Positions 49,601 to 63,566 of a DNA stretch of 64,000 nt are shown in pieces. How positions within the stretch are numbered: the stretch's first letter is position 1; every line of letters begins with the position of its first letter. The translations under genes and the position numbers were made by a program. The DNA is from Sarea resinae (taxonomy: Eukaryota), in the NCBI GenBank assembly GCA_026026165.1, contig JAPEUD010000008.1, forward strand, positions 372,001-436,000. The letters run 5' to 3'. The notes under the pieces were generated by a model, which ran no database searches, was not told the origin of the DNA, and worked only from the letters and a program-made list of their open reading frames with translations.

Positions 49601-52600
49601 TAGTTTAGGGCCGAAGCTTCTCACTTCTCACTCCGAACAGATATATGCAATCCTGGTCAATAGGCTTGAGACGGGCTAGATGCGAGTACCGAATCTCGTT
49701 TTCGAATTAAGGTTCATTACACACTGGACGCCTCATCGTGAGGAGGGACGATGGAAATGCACACGAGCGAAAGGAGAAGGATGTGTAGGTGCGTCCTTAC
49801 GAGGGGGAATGCTGTGCGCACGAGTGCGGTACTTCGATTGGTCTTTGTGGCCAAATACGAGAATCATACTTCCATCTAGGCACGTTGGGAGGCCTAGGAT
49901 TTCGAGGAGTGATGGCCAACTTGAGTAGGTAGTCAGCAATGAGAGGACGCTGGTATTCAGCCGCCCTTGATGTGAACATTTCATTTTGTGCTGTGCGAGA
50001 GGCCCCTGAGAGCATGTGTGACGGTGATGCTTTGATAGGAAGAAGACGATCGAGAACCTCTCAAGCGATAAAACTTACGCCGCTGCTGTGTCCGGAGGGG
50101 AGGCGTAATACGAAGACAGCTGCCTTGTGTTGGCCGTCCAAGCGGTTTGCCGGTGGATTCATCCATTTTTCCATCCATTCGTGTAGACTGGTCGAACTCG
50201 ACGAATTAAGGTATGTTGGATTCTGGTTGGCAAGGGTTCAAGTTGTATCCTGTCCCGACGCGACCATTACCATTTCCGCTCGCTCGTCTATCAAGCGCAA
50301 TACTGCTCCTGTTCCTTCTTTCATTCTTCTTTCTTGTTGACGAGTACAGTGGCTTACCTGTATTGGGCCGACATTTCACCGTTCGCTCCGTGCGTATTAT
50401 TGCCTCTGGAGCGGGCCGGACACCTTACTATTTTAGATGTTATTGGTCCGGCAAAGGCTGATTTTTGCCGCGTCTGCGCCGCTCGAGCCCTGCTGTCGAT
50501 TTATGCATATTTGGCATGTTGCGTACAGCGTGCTGGCCGGCCTTGGTTTCCGAGTCTCCGATGTTCGGAATGGGAGGATTACTGGAGGGTGTTACAAGGG
50601 TGATGTGTGGACGGACAGAACCTACGCAGTACCTATCTACTATGTACTAAGGTGCGAAGTACCTGAATGTGCTCAGTGAGGCATAAATTCGAGGCGCAAG
50701 AGAACAGTGGGGCTTTCGTCGACTTCGTGGAGAATGATGAATGGAAACTTCGGGCGTCTCAAAAGGAGCAGTGCTAGATTCTTAAAGGTATTAGTGATTG
50801 CAATTACTTCAAGTAGTGTTAATTTCAGTATCTTCTTCGCGATCTTGATGTAATATGCGAGCGCTTCACTCCACACCGATTTTAAGGTTGTGTTATCGAG
50901 TCGCGGGCGGACACGGCGGACGGCGGACAGGGGTTTCGGTTAACCTTATCTGGGCGGGAAAGGGTAGGCAAGTGGAATCACAAGGTAAGGTACGAATGGA
51001 GAAGGCAGGCAACCAATAAAGTCTGCCACGGGTAAATCGAATCAATGTGAGTGCGATCAGACGTGCGGCTAAAGTCGAAGAGAAGAGCCCCTTGCGCAAC
51101 TCCTGCACAGGCTACACTCAGGGAAAGAAAGTTTAAAGGGAGTATGTAACTTTATCTTGATGCCGCCTATGCTCTGCTACTTGGTGCTGCTGTGCTCCCT
51201 GCAGCGGGTGAAGAGCAGAGCAGATGATATTACTGGAAGGTCGGGTGGAGACGTCATGAGAAGCCGGCATTGCCGTCGCGCGGGTACTATCCGTCTCGCA
51301 ATCTTCAATACCAATCTCTTTCAACTTTGGGGGCTTCTTTCTTTGCGTGGTTTGGCTCGATCTGGTCAGACGCCGCTACTTTGTCGCTTCTGTTACGCCG
51401 TGGTCAGCTACCGAACGGATCGATCAAAGTGCCATGAAGTCAAACCTGTTGGTACAACGGTACAAGGTAAGGTAGACATGTGGAGCCGCTCTCGCTTCCG
51501 ATTTCTGAGCTGACGCGGCCCTTCGATCTTTGGCAATGATGGTCATTGATCTCCTGTGTCAAATTGCAACATGTATGTGCCGACGTCTATCAAGTCTTGG
51601 CTCTACTAACCATCGTGGAAATAGACTTGACAGCGTGGAGAACATTGGCAGTATGTAGTGTGCATGGTCCGATTGGATGAAACCCAAGCCGCAGGGTCAG
51701 CATTATTAACACACCCTTTTCTCATGGATCGGCCCTCCGTCTATGTGTATCGCCATCAAAGGCGACGAGAATCATCATAATGGCAATATATAATCCATTT
51801 AATAATATAATAGTCACCTTGCCTGCCTATATGTGTTGCCCTCTTGATCGACCTGTGCGTCCGAGAGCGTCGTCGGTAATCGACTGCCTCTCCTCGGTGC
51901 TTGGGGAATGGAAGGCTCCGTTGCGACATAACAAGCCGAAGCGATGCCTAATTCAGCAGGGCGCCGAGCCAAACGCCTTTAGAGTTGCGTGGCTTTTCAA
52001 GGTTAAAGGGAACAAGCATTTTGGCCATTTAAGCCTTATGCCTCGGTCGCTTTTCTAACAAAAAGGTCGGCTGACAGCCTTTCGCTCGGCCTAGGAGGTG
52101 CGACTTAACAGAAGGGAAGAGCAGCAAGGTCTTCACCAACACTGATATAAGCAAGAGATGAAGTAGCAGAGAATTGCATCTGCCAGTCGTAGGAGCCGTT
52201 CTTGCCGTCCGTGCCTTTGGGAAGCAAGAGCTAGGATGAGAAGAGCACGAATAATCTGAATCTAGAGGGGTTCAAGGGTGTCGGGGTTGGAGGATGAACA
52301 GGGAAGAGCAAAGAGCAAGGGGGCAAGGGACAGGGCGAGAGCAAGGAATCCCGCAGCGTAGAGTTGAAAGGAGATAAGCTTACTCCGAGAGCGACTTCCA
52401 GCATCTTGCTCTCGCATGGAGGCGTCCAGGCGTTTGCAGCGGCAGGGAGTGTCAGGATTGGCGGACTACCTTGCTCAAGCGTCATCGGCAACCTGGAAGC
52501 GTGGGACGCAAATCATTCGGGTCGCGCGAAAACATGAGGTCCCCGGCAAGGATTTCCTGCTTTTCGCTGCGGCTAAACAAGGTTGATACCTTACCTTGTC

Positions 52601-53929
52601 TTTGCCGTTCACGACAAGACCTGTCGTACAAGAGTGGTTAGAAGTAAGTTGACCGTAATCTGTCTTAAGTAAGAAAGTAGCAGTTCCGCAGTAAGCGTGC
52701 GCATGGTGGATTGGGAGTGGAACGGCGGATAGGATGATGATGAAAGGTTCTTACCACACACTTCGTACAAAGCCACATCCCTCCATACTAGACCTTACCG
52801 TGCCCTTTCTCCATCACGAGAACGGAAATGGCTACTTCTAGTCCATCTTTTGCCTTCTTAGACTAGTAGAAACCGCTCGCCATCAAGAACATTTCGAACG
52901 TCGGTCGGTAACGCTTACTCCACTCGTGGATGTTAGTGAGTCCCACGTCCGGCAAGCCAAGGCGAGCCAAGGTGAGCCAAGGTGAAATGCTGAGAGACGC
53001 TCTCGTTCTGTCTCGCCCTCGCTCGGTCTGTGCCCACCCACGGCGTCTTTCTCTCGTGACAAGTGGATGCAGTGATGGGATTCCAAGAGATCTCGAAACG
53101 TGCCCGGCCACGTACGCAGTACCGTAGGCAGTGTCGAGGAGAAGCATCAGTACCTTACCGTCCCTTCAAGATGGTTCGGTCAAGGGAATTAATCAATGGC
53201 GAAAGCGGTGGTGGTCGAGTAAGGCAGTCATCAGCGTCCGTCCGTCCTTGTTGCTAAGGGAAACTCTACCTTGCACTCTACCCTGAGATAGCCCCAAGTA
53301 CTCCGGAGTAGAGTTTAGCTATCAACGTAAGGAAGGGAGATCTGCGTCCGACACTCACCGAACTATTATCATTGGCATGCCATGCTCCTGCCCATCCGTG
53401 CCCTTGCCCTGTGCCAGGGAACAACGATCTGCTAAGGTCCACGGGTGTTATATGACTACGGCACTCCTCGTACTGCTATTCTTACCTACCTGGGCGTCAT
53501 TACGAGAACACATTCCCATTCCAGCGCCTTGAACGTCAGCGCCTTCCCGCGCCCAGCGCAACCTACCTTACTGCCTGACCTACCTACACCTCCTACATCT
53601 CGACCGTCATAGTTGGGAGAAAAGGACCGTCTAGGCCTGGTGTGCACTCGCTCTTTACAATCTTTCTACTTCTTCTCTTAGGCAGTGCCCTCTGGCCCTC
53701 GGTGCTCTCTGGCCTTCTTGTGCCTTTCTGACCCTTTTGCCGCCGCCGTGTTTCTTCGTCTTAATCCTTACCTTCTCTTCGAATGCCCTTCAGATTCGAG
53801 ATTCAGCCTTTCTCCGCCGGCCCAGAAGAAACTGTGTACATCATTTGGCTATCCTCTCGCAACTCGTTGAGATATCACAACAATTTGAACTATCCCGGAA
53901 TCCGGCGGTCACCCATCTTCTAAGAACAG

Positions 53930-54097
53930 GTATTGTCTCCCAAAATTCTTATCTCACTCCCGTTTTGACCTTTTTTTCTCCTTCACACCTGTCGTCAGAA
54001 ACTAGAGATCAACTGAAATGATCGTGTGCACCATAATGACTTTCTTTGTGATGACCTCCTTCCCGAGACTCATAACTAATGGTACATCGATCAACAG
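53930..54097 (+). other. Probable 5'-UTR intron of the Pac2-type gene
   Basis: CAG|GTATTG donor, ACTAAT branch point at 54075, CAACAG acceptor ~140 nt before the ATG. Confidence 0.55.
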
Positions 54098-54234
54098 ATT
54101 AAACTCTGAGTGAACCGCACGGCTGTCTTACTCATAGACAAGAACGAAAAGTTCGGGTACAACTTCAACCGTGAACCTGGACAGGGCGATTATCCGACGG
54201 TTTGCCGCGTCTGTCCCGCGGTGGCGCCTGACAA

Positions 54235-55704
54235 ATGCCGGCAATGGAGACGTATAATGGCCATGTCAGAACACCAGCAGATGCTATAATACTTTTCGAA
54301 GCCTGCAGACTTGGACTGCTTCCCCGTGTGCAACGAAGGCTGTCGGAGAAAGAGAGGCAATCGATCAAGTCGGGGTCGGTATTCGTCTGGGACGAGCGAG
54401 AAGCCGGGATGAGAAGGTGGACAGACGGAAAATCGTGGAGTGCGAGTCGGGTATCCGGAAGCTTCCTGACCTACAGAGAGATGGAAGGCAAGCGAGGTGG
54501 AAGTGGATTTGCAGCGCCAGTGGCTGCGGCAAGAGCAGGAAAGACTCCGGACAGTGCTCGTGGAAGCGATTCCGATCCGGATGGAGGTGGCGGTGGGGAT
54601 GATGGGCCGGATGGCTACCGATACAAGCCCAACGGCCTCATGAAGCAGTCCTTCAGTATCACCACCTCCACCGGTCAGCACCTTCATCTAATAAGCTACT
54701 ACGCACGATCACATCCATCAGCCCAGGCGCTCATGCCGCCCACAGCTGACCCAGCATTACGACACATCCGCCCGCAGAAGGGCATGTATCCCGAGTCGAC
54801 AGTTCATGAACAGCAGAACGTTCCGGTTGTAACTAGGGGCCCCATGTCGGGTACACCTTTTGCAGTGTCGCCCCATAGCATGCCTGCCGGTCCTGCCGCA
54901 TACGGACGAGTAGGAGCAGGAGCTGGCCCTGGAGTTGAAGCTGGAAGGTCTCAGGGATATGCTCAGCCGGGTTATGGCTGGCCTGCTGGCCCGTTTTCGG
55001 GGCCGCCCAGTCAGTATCATGTTGCTCATTACCCTGTGGGTCTCCCCCCACCTCCGGGAAGCGTAGGTCATCCTTCACTTGGTTACGCTCAGCCAATGTC
55101 CGGTCCGACCTCCCAGCCAGGTCCGCCAATCTCTTCTTACGACCGTCCTCCGCCACCGCTCTCTGAAAGCAGCCTTCCACCGCCTCCGCCGCCGCCCCAT
55201 CACAGGAGCCCGATGACAGTCACAGAAGTCTCACATCTACCGCAGTATATACCGAACCCATCTCCTCGGGTCGCCCAAGCTACTTTGGTCGCTCAGCAAC
55301 AGAGCCAAATACTAAATGGCCATGGCTCCAGTCCAATACCTTCAAAGATAGATCCCCGGCTCACGTCGAGTTTCTCTCGTCCCAATCCGCCCGTCACGAA
55401 TATTAGCATGCACACTCCTCCCGCGCAGATGACATGCGGCGACCTCGGCAAGGCAGATCGACTCGAATCAAACGGCAGGCGAGATGTCATTTCATCAACT
55501 ACGATACCCAGCATAGGCTCTCTCATGAACGGATCCTCGAAAGAGAGCATCCCGACTAGCGAGATGAGCAGCATCAGGGCTGAGAGTCGTAGCCCTGCGG
55601 ATAAGCAGAAGAGAGAAGGCCCGCAGGATATTCCCGGTGATAAGCTGGGCTTTGGAGAAGATGTGAGAGCTCTGAGGGTACTTGACCGGGCTTTTTCTGC
55701 CTAG
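54235..55704 (+). CDS. PAC2: Gti1/Pac2 (WOPR) family transcriptional regulator, Pac2 clade
   Basis: METYNGHVRTPADAIILFEAC...RRWTDGKSWSASRVSGSFLTYRE and GLMKQSFSITT...HLHLISYY. Likely start is the ATG at 54244. Confidence 0.93.
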   Translation: MPAMETYNGHVRTPADAIILFEACRLGLLPRVQRRLSEKERQSIKSGSVFVWDEREAGMRRWTDGKSWSASRVSGSFLTYREMEGKRGGSGFAAPVAAARAGKTPDSARGSDSDPDGGGGGDDGPDGYRYKPNGLMKQSFSITTSTGQHLHLISYYARSHPSAQALMPPTADPALRHIRPQKGMYPESTVHEQQNVPVVTRGPMSGTPFAVSPHSMPAGPAAYGRVGAGAGPGVEAGRSQGYAQPGYGWPAGPFSGPPSQYHVAHYPVGLPPPPGSVGHPSLGYAQPMSGPTSQPGPPISSYDRPPPPLSESSLPPPPPPPHHRSPMTVTEVSHLPQYIPNPSPRVAQATLVAQQQSQILNGHGSSPIPSKIDPRLTSSFSRPNPPVTNISMHTPPAQMTCGDLGKADRLESNGRRDVISSTTIPSIGSLMNGSSKESIPTSEMSSIRAESRSPADKQKREGPQDIPGDKLGFGEDVRALRVLDRAFSA

Positions 55705-58700
55705 ATTCTTCGAGGTCTACCATCTCACCATCTTACCGTGGAGTCTTGGTTCATCTCCTTATCCTCTTTCGATTACTCGAGATCTGGTTTTCTCTTTCGC
55801 ATTTGCCTGCGCTTTCATGAGTGGCGTTTAGGTTCCTCATTCAGTACTGGCGGTCCAAGTATACGCTTGTCGTGTCTATTTCTCCTTTTTCATTCCAAAT
55901 CAATTTCATATAGCGGTGGGATGCGGTCATCTTTCGAATTCACGTTGTATCAATATTGCAGGCATTAACGGCGAACAAGGACGGATCTGCACAACGGCGC
56001 TGCGGAGGATATTTCAATTTATAGCTTCTGCAGTTGTATTATCGGCATATCTTTAGCAGGTTGCTCTGGCGCAAAAAGGGGTGGCGATGCAAGTGTTCTT
56101 GCCAGTCGAGGGTCTTGAGGAGCTTTTCTCTTCCGGCACAGGCGGCATTCCTTTATTTGCTAGCCTAGGAAGTCCGTGTGTGATGCATCATCATCTTTGA
56201 GCAAACGGGAAATCACTTCGATATTTGCCATTAAAAATGAAGCTACAATCCCTTTTTACTAGGATACCATGCTATATGGATGACTTGAGATCTTCTAGAA
56301 GACTGTAGGGAGCTCACATTTGAAGTGAATGTCTGTCGGACGTACGCAGGGGACGTCTCGAACCGTCTCCGTCTAATCTCAGAGCGAAGTGGATTCCAAA
56401 TTCCCGATCCTCTCCTCTACTCTAGGCAAAAGATCTTTGAACGTCTCAGTGCAAAATTGTCGAGCCTCTCCAGCGCCTCTTTCTGGAAATCTAAGAGCAT
56501 TCAGGTCTCTAGTTGGCTGCGATGCTTGAACAAACAAAAGGATAAGAACGGATAATTAATCGTGTCACATTCATCTGCAGAGTCACTCGTACTTATAGAT
56601 ACTCACTTTTTCCCCTGATGGGTTCAGATATTTGAGTTTTAGCAGTCTCTCCCCTTCCGTGGGTCTATTTTGCCTTTTCCAGAGCTGCATGACGAGGAGG
56701 CAGCCGCCAGAAGACTGCAGATAGGGTTCCCATCCCGAGTGACATCGACCGACTCTTGGAAACATTAAATTTTCCGACCAATATGGATCCTTCTCGGTTT
56801 CCTTCGGTACCTGATCACCATCACAAATCCTGTCGTGAGACGAAGATTTCGGTGAACGACCGGAGACTGACAATGCAAAGGGATGGGTGATTAAGTTCTC
56901 AGGGGGAGAGTCGCTCCTGAGCTGCAGCAGAGGGAAACCAGCAAGCGCAGATTATGAACTGAACAGGAGAAAAGGATGTATCGTGGTGGCCAGATTCGTC
57001 TTTCCCGGCAGCAATTTTGTACGAGCTCACAGCAAGAAAGACGAACGGGAAGATGCACCGCCGTGTTTTGATACATGATAGCCTTCTTGAGGGCGGTCCC
57101 TTTGGAAAAATGCAGAGTGCAGAACAAATGCGCGGCGCGAGCCACACCATCGTAATCAACTATGGAAAATCGGGAAGGCGCCTGAAGAGGCGAATTTGCT
57201 CTCGCATCTTAGTAGTAAAGCAAGAGGAACAGCGAAGATCGATATATCGAGGAAAGGAGAGACAGATGGTCAGCATCTGATGTGCTTGACCAAAGAAGGC
57301 ACATCATGACAAAGCAGAAAACATATGGATCTCTCGGGGCGGAGCTAAGTGGAGAGACAGTGCTTGATGCGGCCCCCAACGCCACCAACCAGAGCCACGG
57401 CGCTCCAGCCTTAGTCTAGAGCCTTTCTAGTGCATCGTAAAGTGAGTGTACTCGGTAGTAGGCCGAGCGGAAAACCAGTCACGGTTCTGATTTGGCAACG
57501 TGTTTTGCTCCCAAGTTGGGGGCTACGGGAAATCCATACCTCGTTCACGATCCCGTACGTTGGCCATGGCAGATATTGTGATCAGATCCAACCTTCTTTC
57601 AACCCTTTTTTGCTACGCCATTCAACTAGGAGTGAATTAATGCCCGAATCCTTGACATCTGGCTTCGTGTCCTGAAGGAACACCCAATGGCCCTCACGAA
57701 GACCAGCGATAAGTCACGGACGATCTTCCATCGCCGACCGCATTGTGGATCTAGAGCAGGATAGTTGATCCTGCAGTGCAGAAGGCTCATTCGCTGGAAG
57801 ATGATTCAGTTTGTAATCCGTCTCGGTCGAAGACAGGACAATCAGCTGGTGAGGCTGTCAACAACATGTTCCAAGCCTATCAGACGGATCTCAAGTAAGG
57901 GGAGAAATAGCAAGCACCCGTGGGCTGTGATTGGCCGATCATGATTTGTTTTGATGGGTCTCAGGTGGGCAATGTCAGTCGATAACGGCAATGTTCCAAG
58001 CTTTGCGGGAGTACCTACTAAGGTAGTCAATGGCAGGCCTTGAGGATACCTCGCAGGCAAGTGTCGCGAGCGTGAAGTGAGACAGACATGGAGTACGCAG
58101 TAAAGAGGCCGCAGACCCTGTAATCTCAATATAGTTCAAACACATGAAGTCAATTTACATCCATCTGGATGAGGGTCTCGAAATGCGTATTCGTGCCTTG
58201 CTCTACTGCGCAGTATTGACCTTGCCTTGGGCTGCTTACTACGGGTCGATTTTTGCACGGCACCTGTGACCGCGCCTGCGCATGATGATGATGACATAAT
58301 TACCTACTACTCCGAGTAATCCACCTGGACCTTTCCTGTCAAGCTGTAAGACGTTGTCTATGATGGTAGTAATAATTCCTCCGGAGTACTGAAGTAGGCG
58401 GTGATTCTCTGCTTCCCTGTCGGGCCCTTGCCGGATTGACATGCTGATGATGCATTGATCATGTCAGGGTGTCGTGATAGGTAACAGATTAGGCGTCCAT
58501 TGCTCTTCCCTTTCTCATAGCCATATGATGAAGCAGTCCACTAGGGTACGGTAGGTGATTATTGCAACAACCCGCTCGGCACCAAAGAGCCATTGTCAAC
58601 CGTTCAGCGTCCTGGCAATCGTAACTGCCCTGTTCCAGTAATGGATCCTGGTCACTCCTAGGTAGGGAGCCTGGAGAGTAAGAACGACCTGTAGTTCGCG

Positions 58701-61700
58701 CTTGCCACGCACTAACCTAACAGCACATACCTACTCCGCAGTAGGTACAGCATCGTCTCGGTAGAGCGGGAACTAGGAAGATGCGTTCGACGGTTGAGTG
58801 CCGGCCTATTCGATCCAGACTGCACTGGTTCGGAGTACTGCCTTAGACTATTACTTCGGTACAAAGGACTTCTAGCGATCGGATTTCCGTGTGTGGGAAA
58901 GCCGCTCCCCGTCTTAAACCGAGCGAGGCATCAAACGATATCACCCTGAATCTAGCTGGGGGATGATCATTTACCATGCTGAAGAAGCTGAACTCTCAGC
59001 ATCGGCATCAAGCCCCCAGGGCAAAGGCTACTCGTACTCATCTCCTGAAAAAACGGTTCAATCATCGAAGCTGATCACTATTAACCAATGCTTGCAGTCT
59101 GCTTCGAGACCGAGGAGCAAGGATCCCTGCATAGAAGGCTGGATGATGGCTAAGACCTGCCGGATCTTCTCAGAGATGTAACAGATTCGGAGCAGGAGAT
59201 ATTCTGTCATGACACCATGCAAGGAACACTGCACCGTATCTGCGAAAGCAAGTTTACTACCTTTGGCAATCCACATTGGCACTCACCTTACTGGCCCGCT
59301 GTCCCTCCGCATAGCCGTTCTAATGGACACATGCCCGCCACTGTGGCCACTGAGGGTGGGTCTTTCGCCCGAGTTTGCCGAGATCATGACTTCAAGTGTT
59401 TATATAGGAGTAGAAGACCGCAGCTGGCATTAGACTGGCTCGGAATTATATCTCCGTGATAAGAGAGACAATGACTCCCGCATCGTACAGATACCAGTTG
59501 ATGCGAACTCGTTTCACGCCCTGGAAGCAGGAGCATGATTATTCGCTGATATAGCAGAGACAGTCTCGACAATGTGTCGCTACCTTTTTCAGACCTGTAA
59601 ACAACTATCATTGGACACTCATTTTCTCCTGAACTAACGATTTCGCAGAGCACATGCGGTGACCAGAATAAAAGATCTCCGCCTCTCTCACAGGAAAGGC
59701 AGGAGGATAGACCCTGAATGAATGAAGTATCGAAGTATTCCGTACACTCGGGTTAGGCGCGCGCCTGTGGGGTTTCTGTGAGCATACGCGAGGGCACGCA
59801 TTCCCCCTCCCCCACCTCGTCCTCCGCTGGGGGGAGAATCATCGGAGTACATACGCTGTACCTAGCTGGATAAGGTACAATGGAAAGGTACAGAGGCATT
59901 TGCAGATTGCCGTGTTCACCCATCATGAGAACTTGAAATGGAATAAAAGAGGGCACGCCAGCTCGGAACAATTCCGACCACAGAAGAATCCATCCAGTTG
60001 CTTGATACTATTAGCGAGAGCCCACCACCAAGGTCGATCTACTCCGTACAGGCCTGTCAGATCTCACAGGTCCCATCCGGGTCCTGCACGAACGCCAAAA
60101 TGGTCAACGACGCGAGTACATGCCGTAGTATGCCTGCAACCCGAAGCCCCTTTGTTGAGCGTGATTCCTCAGGGTAACACATAACAGATTCTTAGAGATG
60201 GTCACGTTCGATCTATCGCAATGGAGACCTCCTTGCTCATGCAAGCAGAGAATCTTGATGTCACTATCGAAAGTCCATGGAAGGCCTGGCCGAGAGGATT
60301 CATCTCAGACAGATGGATGAATATCCAAGAATACTCATCTCATATATTTTTAGCTTTGGGAAGTGTGTGTCTGGTGAACAAGGACATGAGGAGGATCCTC
60401 CGGTCTACTCTCCAAGGTCCTCGATTAGCCACACCTAGGCCACAGAAGTGGCGATTGCGTACCTATCAGTGGTTTTCGCAAATCGAAACGATTTTCCAAG
60501 GCTGTGACGGCTGCACAGCCTCGTATATCAGCACATTCGGTTGACATCGAGAACGCTAGTCCATCGTTCTATTGATAAATCTTGAAGGATGATGGGGTCT
60601 AGATCTTGATCTCAAGGTTCTAGTAAAGCTTGTGCGCTCTCGACGATTGAAATTGAGATGAACAAAGCCCTGTAAGGAAGTCCTGTTCCACAGACTCTTA
60701 GCTTGTCACATATATCCCTCCAGTAGTATCAAACGTGCTTTGCTCGAGCGTCTGCATTCCAACCAGACCACGAGAGCGGTCTGAGACGGACTGGCTGCCA
60801 AGTTGCTAAGGTACCTAGACATGTCAACATCCGTCGCTACAAAGAAGATTTCAGAAGGTGACTAGGTAGGTGGTGGCCATGTTGTACCTACTTCATAGAA
60901 TACGCGTATAGTAGCATCGTGAGAAGGGACCCTTGAAGAGGCGGTAAGGATCTGCCCTGGGTGGCCCTAATAGATCACGATGCAGAAGTGATGCACGCAC
61001 AGACCCCTATCCCGCTCCAAGTACCTACCCGCAGATTCGATTGACTATCTCTCTATTTTTCTTGCATTCCCCGCGATTCTCTTTCTGTTTCTTCCATATC
61101 CTAATGAAACCAGGTGTCCATGCACGTGCTCTACGAAGATGCGTACAGAAATAATAATGTACTCCGGAGTAACATGTCCTTCACCTTCTAGGTTACTCTA
61201 AAGAGGCATCTAAGATACCTACCTAGTCAAGAAACTTTGGACGGATCATAATCATGCAGCAAGAGGGGATGCAGATAGCCAGACGGGAATGAATGAGAAA
61301 ACCCTGAAAAGAATAATGCGTACAATGTCATGAAGAGCGCCTGGAATTATCTCAGGTATGGGCTAGAAAGAGGCAGGCCAGCCTGAAGGCGAGAACTTGG
61401 TGATAATGAGGTTTGTTTGTCAGTACTTCCTATCAAGTAATTACAGCTTATCGATGGATGTGTAATACTATACTCGAGGTACCTTATTCAATACTCCGGA
61501 GAAGTCCTTCATCCCGTTTTAGTAGTAGGGAGCGGGCCTTAAGCCTGGCGTTCCCGTCTGACCGGCGCCCGTCGTGCCCGTAACACGTCAGGTACTTCAT
61601 ACGCACCTTACTCCACCTGTACAGTAAGGTAGTGCGAGGGATCTTACCTTACCTTTATTCAACTAGCGACTGCTAGCGAAAAGTCATAGGCAGAATGGAT

Positions 61701-63566
61701 ATCCATGGATCAATGTGTGAGAGCACCGCATAAGGAGATGCATCCAAATCCATTTCCCTTCTCATGGGGGCCTCGTGCAGAGGAGGGTCTGCGAAGGACA
61801 GTAGGAAATACCTCAGATTGTTAGTTGCTTGTCCCAAGGTGACCCGTAGGAATAGGTACTGGTAGTCAACATTGATGTTTATCACTCCGATGCTAACTCT
61901 TCTGGTCTCTTCCAAGCCACCGCGCGGCGATGACGATCAGTCAGCTCGCTTGCGTCTGACTCGCTCGCTGGGGAGATGAGATCCATTGGGACCCAGACAG
62001 CTAGAGCGACAGAGCCAGTCGCTCTGCCGCTGACCTGCATTCTAGTCGGACTGACCTTACGTATCTGAGGTACCGTCAGTCGCTCTAAACCTAGTAGCAG
62101 GCGAGCTTGCCCCAGCCCAAGCGCAAGCCGGCCCCATATTTCGGAGTACTACCTCAGGTAGGTAGCCTCCAGCTCCGGCGGAGGAGCGAAGGAGAGTACG
62201 CAGTACGCGAGTTACCTAGAGTGAAAGGAGTCAGGACAGCCAGGGCAGCTGCCGACCGACCTACGGACGAGCGTAATCTGATCAAAAGAGATCCATCACA
62301 TTTCTGTTCCGTGGCCCGTTACCCGTTCTGTTACGGTTGCCGGACGATGGCACTGAAGGCACTCTAGCTCCAGCATGGGACAGGGCTCTCTGGAACTGGC
62401 GGCAGGCTGGGCGAAGACGGCGAGAGAGCCGTCTCTCCTCATCCCGCTCGCTCCCTCTCTCTTTCCGTGTCCGTTGGCCTCTTCGCGCATGTATCTTTCT
62501 CCCTTTCTCATCATCGTCGTCTGTTTGCCATCCATGATGATGATGGTGGTCGTGTACTCCGAGTACCTCCCGTAGGCACCTTGGGTAGCTGACTCTACTC
62601 GAGCACCCCGTACCCGTACAGTATCTGAGCTAGCGACCTCGAGCCGAACCACCATCACCAGCACGCTGCTACTACGTAGTAGTATGTATCGCCCATCCAT
62701 GGATGATGGCTCATGGCCCATGATCCCAGTGATCCCAGTGTCCTTTCAGTGTCGTTCAAGGGTACAGAATACAACACGCTCTAGGATCGCCGCATCGCCG
62801 TTCTGTCCGCTTCCTTCGTTGCATGTTATTATCATCTCTTCCCTTCGCTTCCCTTCCCCTACCTGACCGCGCCTTACTTGCTCGGTCTGCTTAGCTGCTA
62901 AGTAAACGGGATTACTACATTATTGCGCCTCAGCCTGCCTTACCTACTGTACCTTGCCTGCCTCAGGTAGGTATCTTCCGCTACCAACCTGACCTTGGTA
63001 CAAGTAAAGGCACCCCTACGACTACTGTATGTCTACACACACCCCACCCGCCGACCCTCTATCCACCACACGACACGGTCACATATCAGAGGCAGACAGC
63101 AGAACCGTAATCATGGAACTATAATCAAGCTTCAACAATCCTCACATCCAAAATCGACTTTTCCCTCCGCAGAGAATTATGTTCTAGTGTGGAGATCGAC
63201 AAACACCTCAATCGTTTCGCGCCGAGGCCTCTCCAGGATCGCGAGCAGTCCCTACGTTTTTCCGGACCCTGACACGAAACTTTACCTGAAGGCGGGGACG
63301 GCCTGAGGCGGTTTGCGGAAAAAGAGCACCACGAGACGCTGCATCAGCACGATCACCGCACAATCATCCCCTTCCCACCATCGTGCTCCATTACAATCGC
63401 TACGTGCATTAGATATTCATATCATAATCTCTAGCTTTGATGGTGAAGTTCGATACTTTCTCGCCGCACTTTTCCGCACCTCGCTCGCCAGAGCACTCCT
63501 GTTCCCCACATTACCGCTCGAAACGCCCGGAGGCTTCTGTCCTGCCACCATAGGACAACCGTCAAG

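Noticed and set aside
52963..52985. Short tandem repeat (GAGCCAAGGY), and (CTGCAGATG)x3 at ~29397
   Set aside because: Ordinary slippage repeats without spacers; not CRISPR-like.
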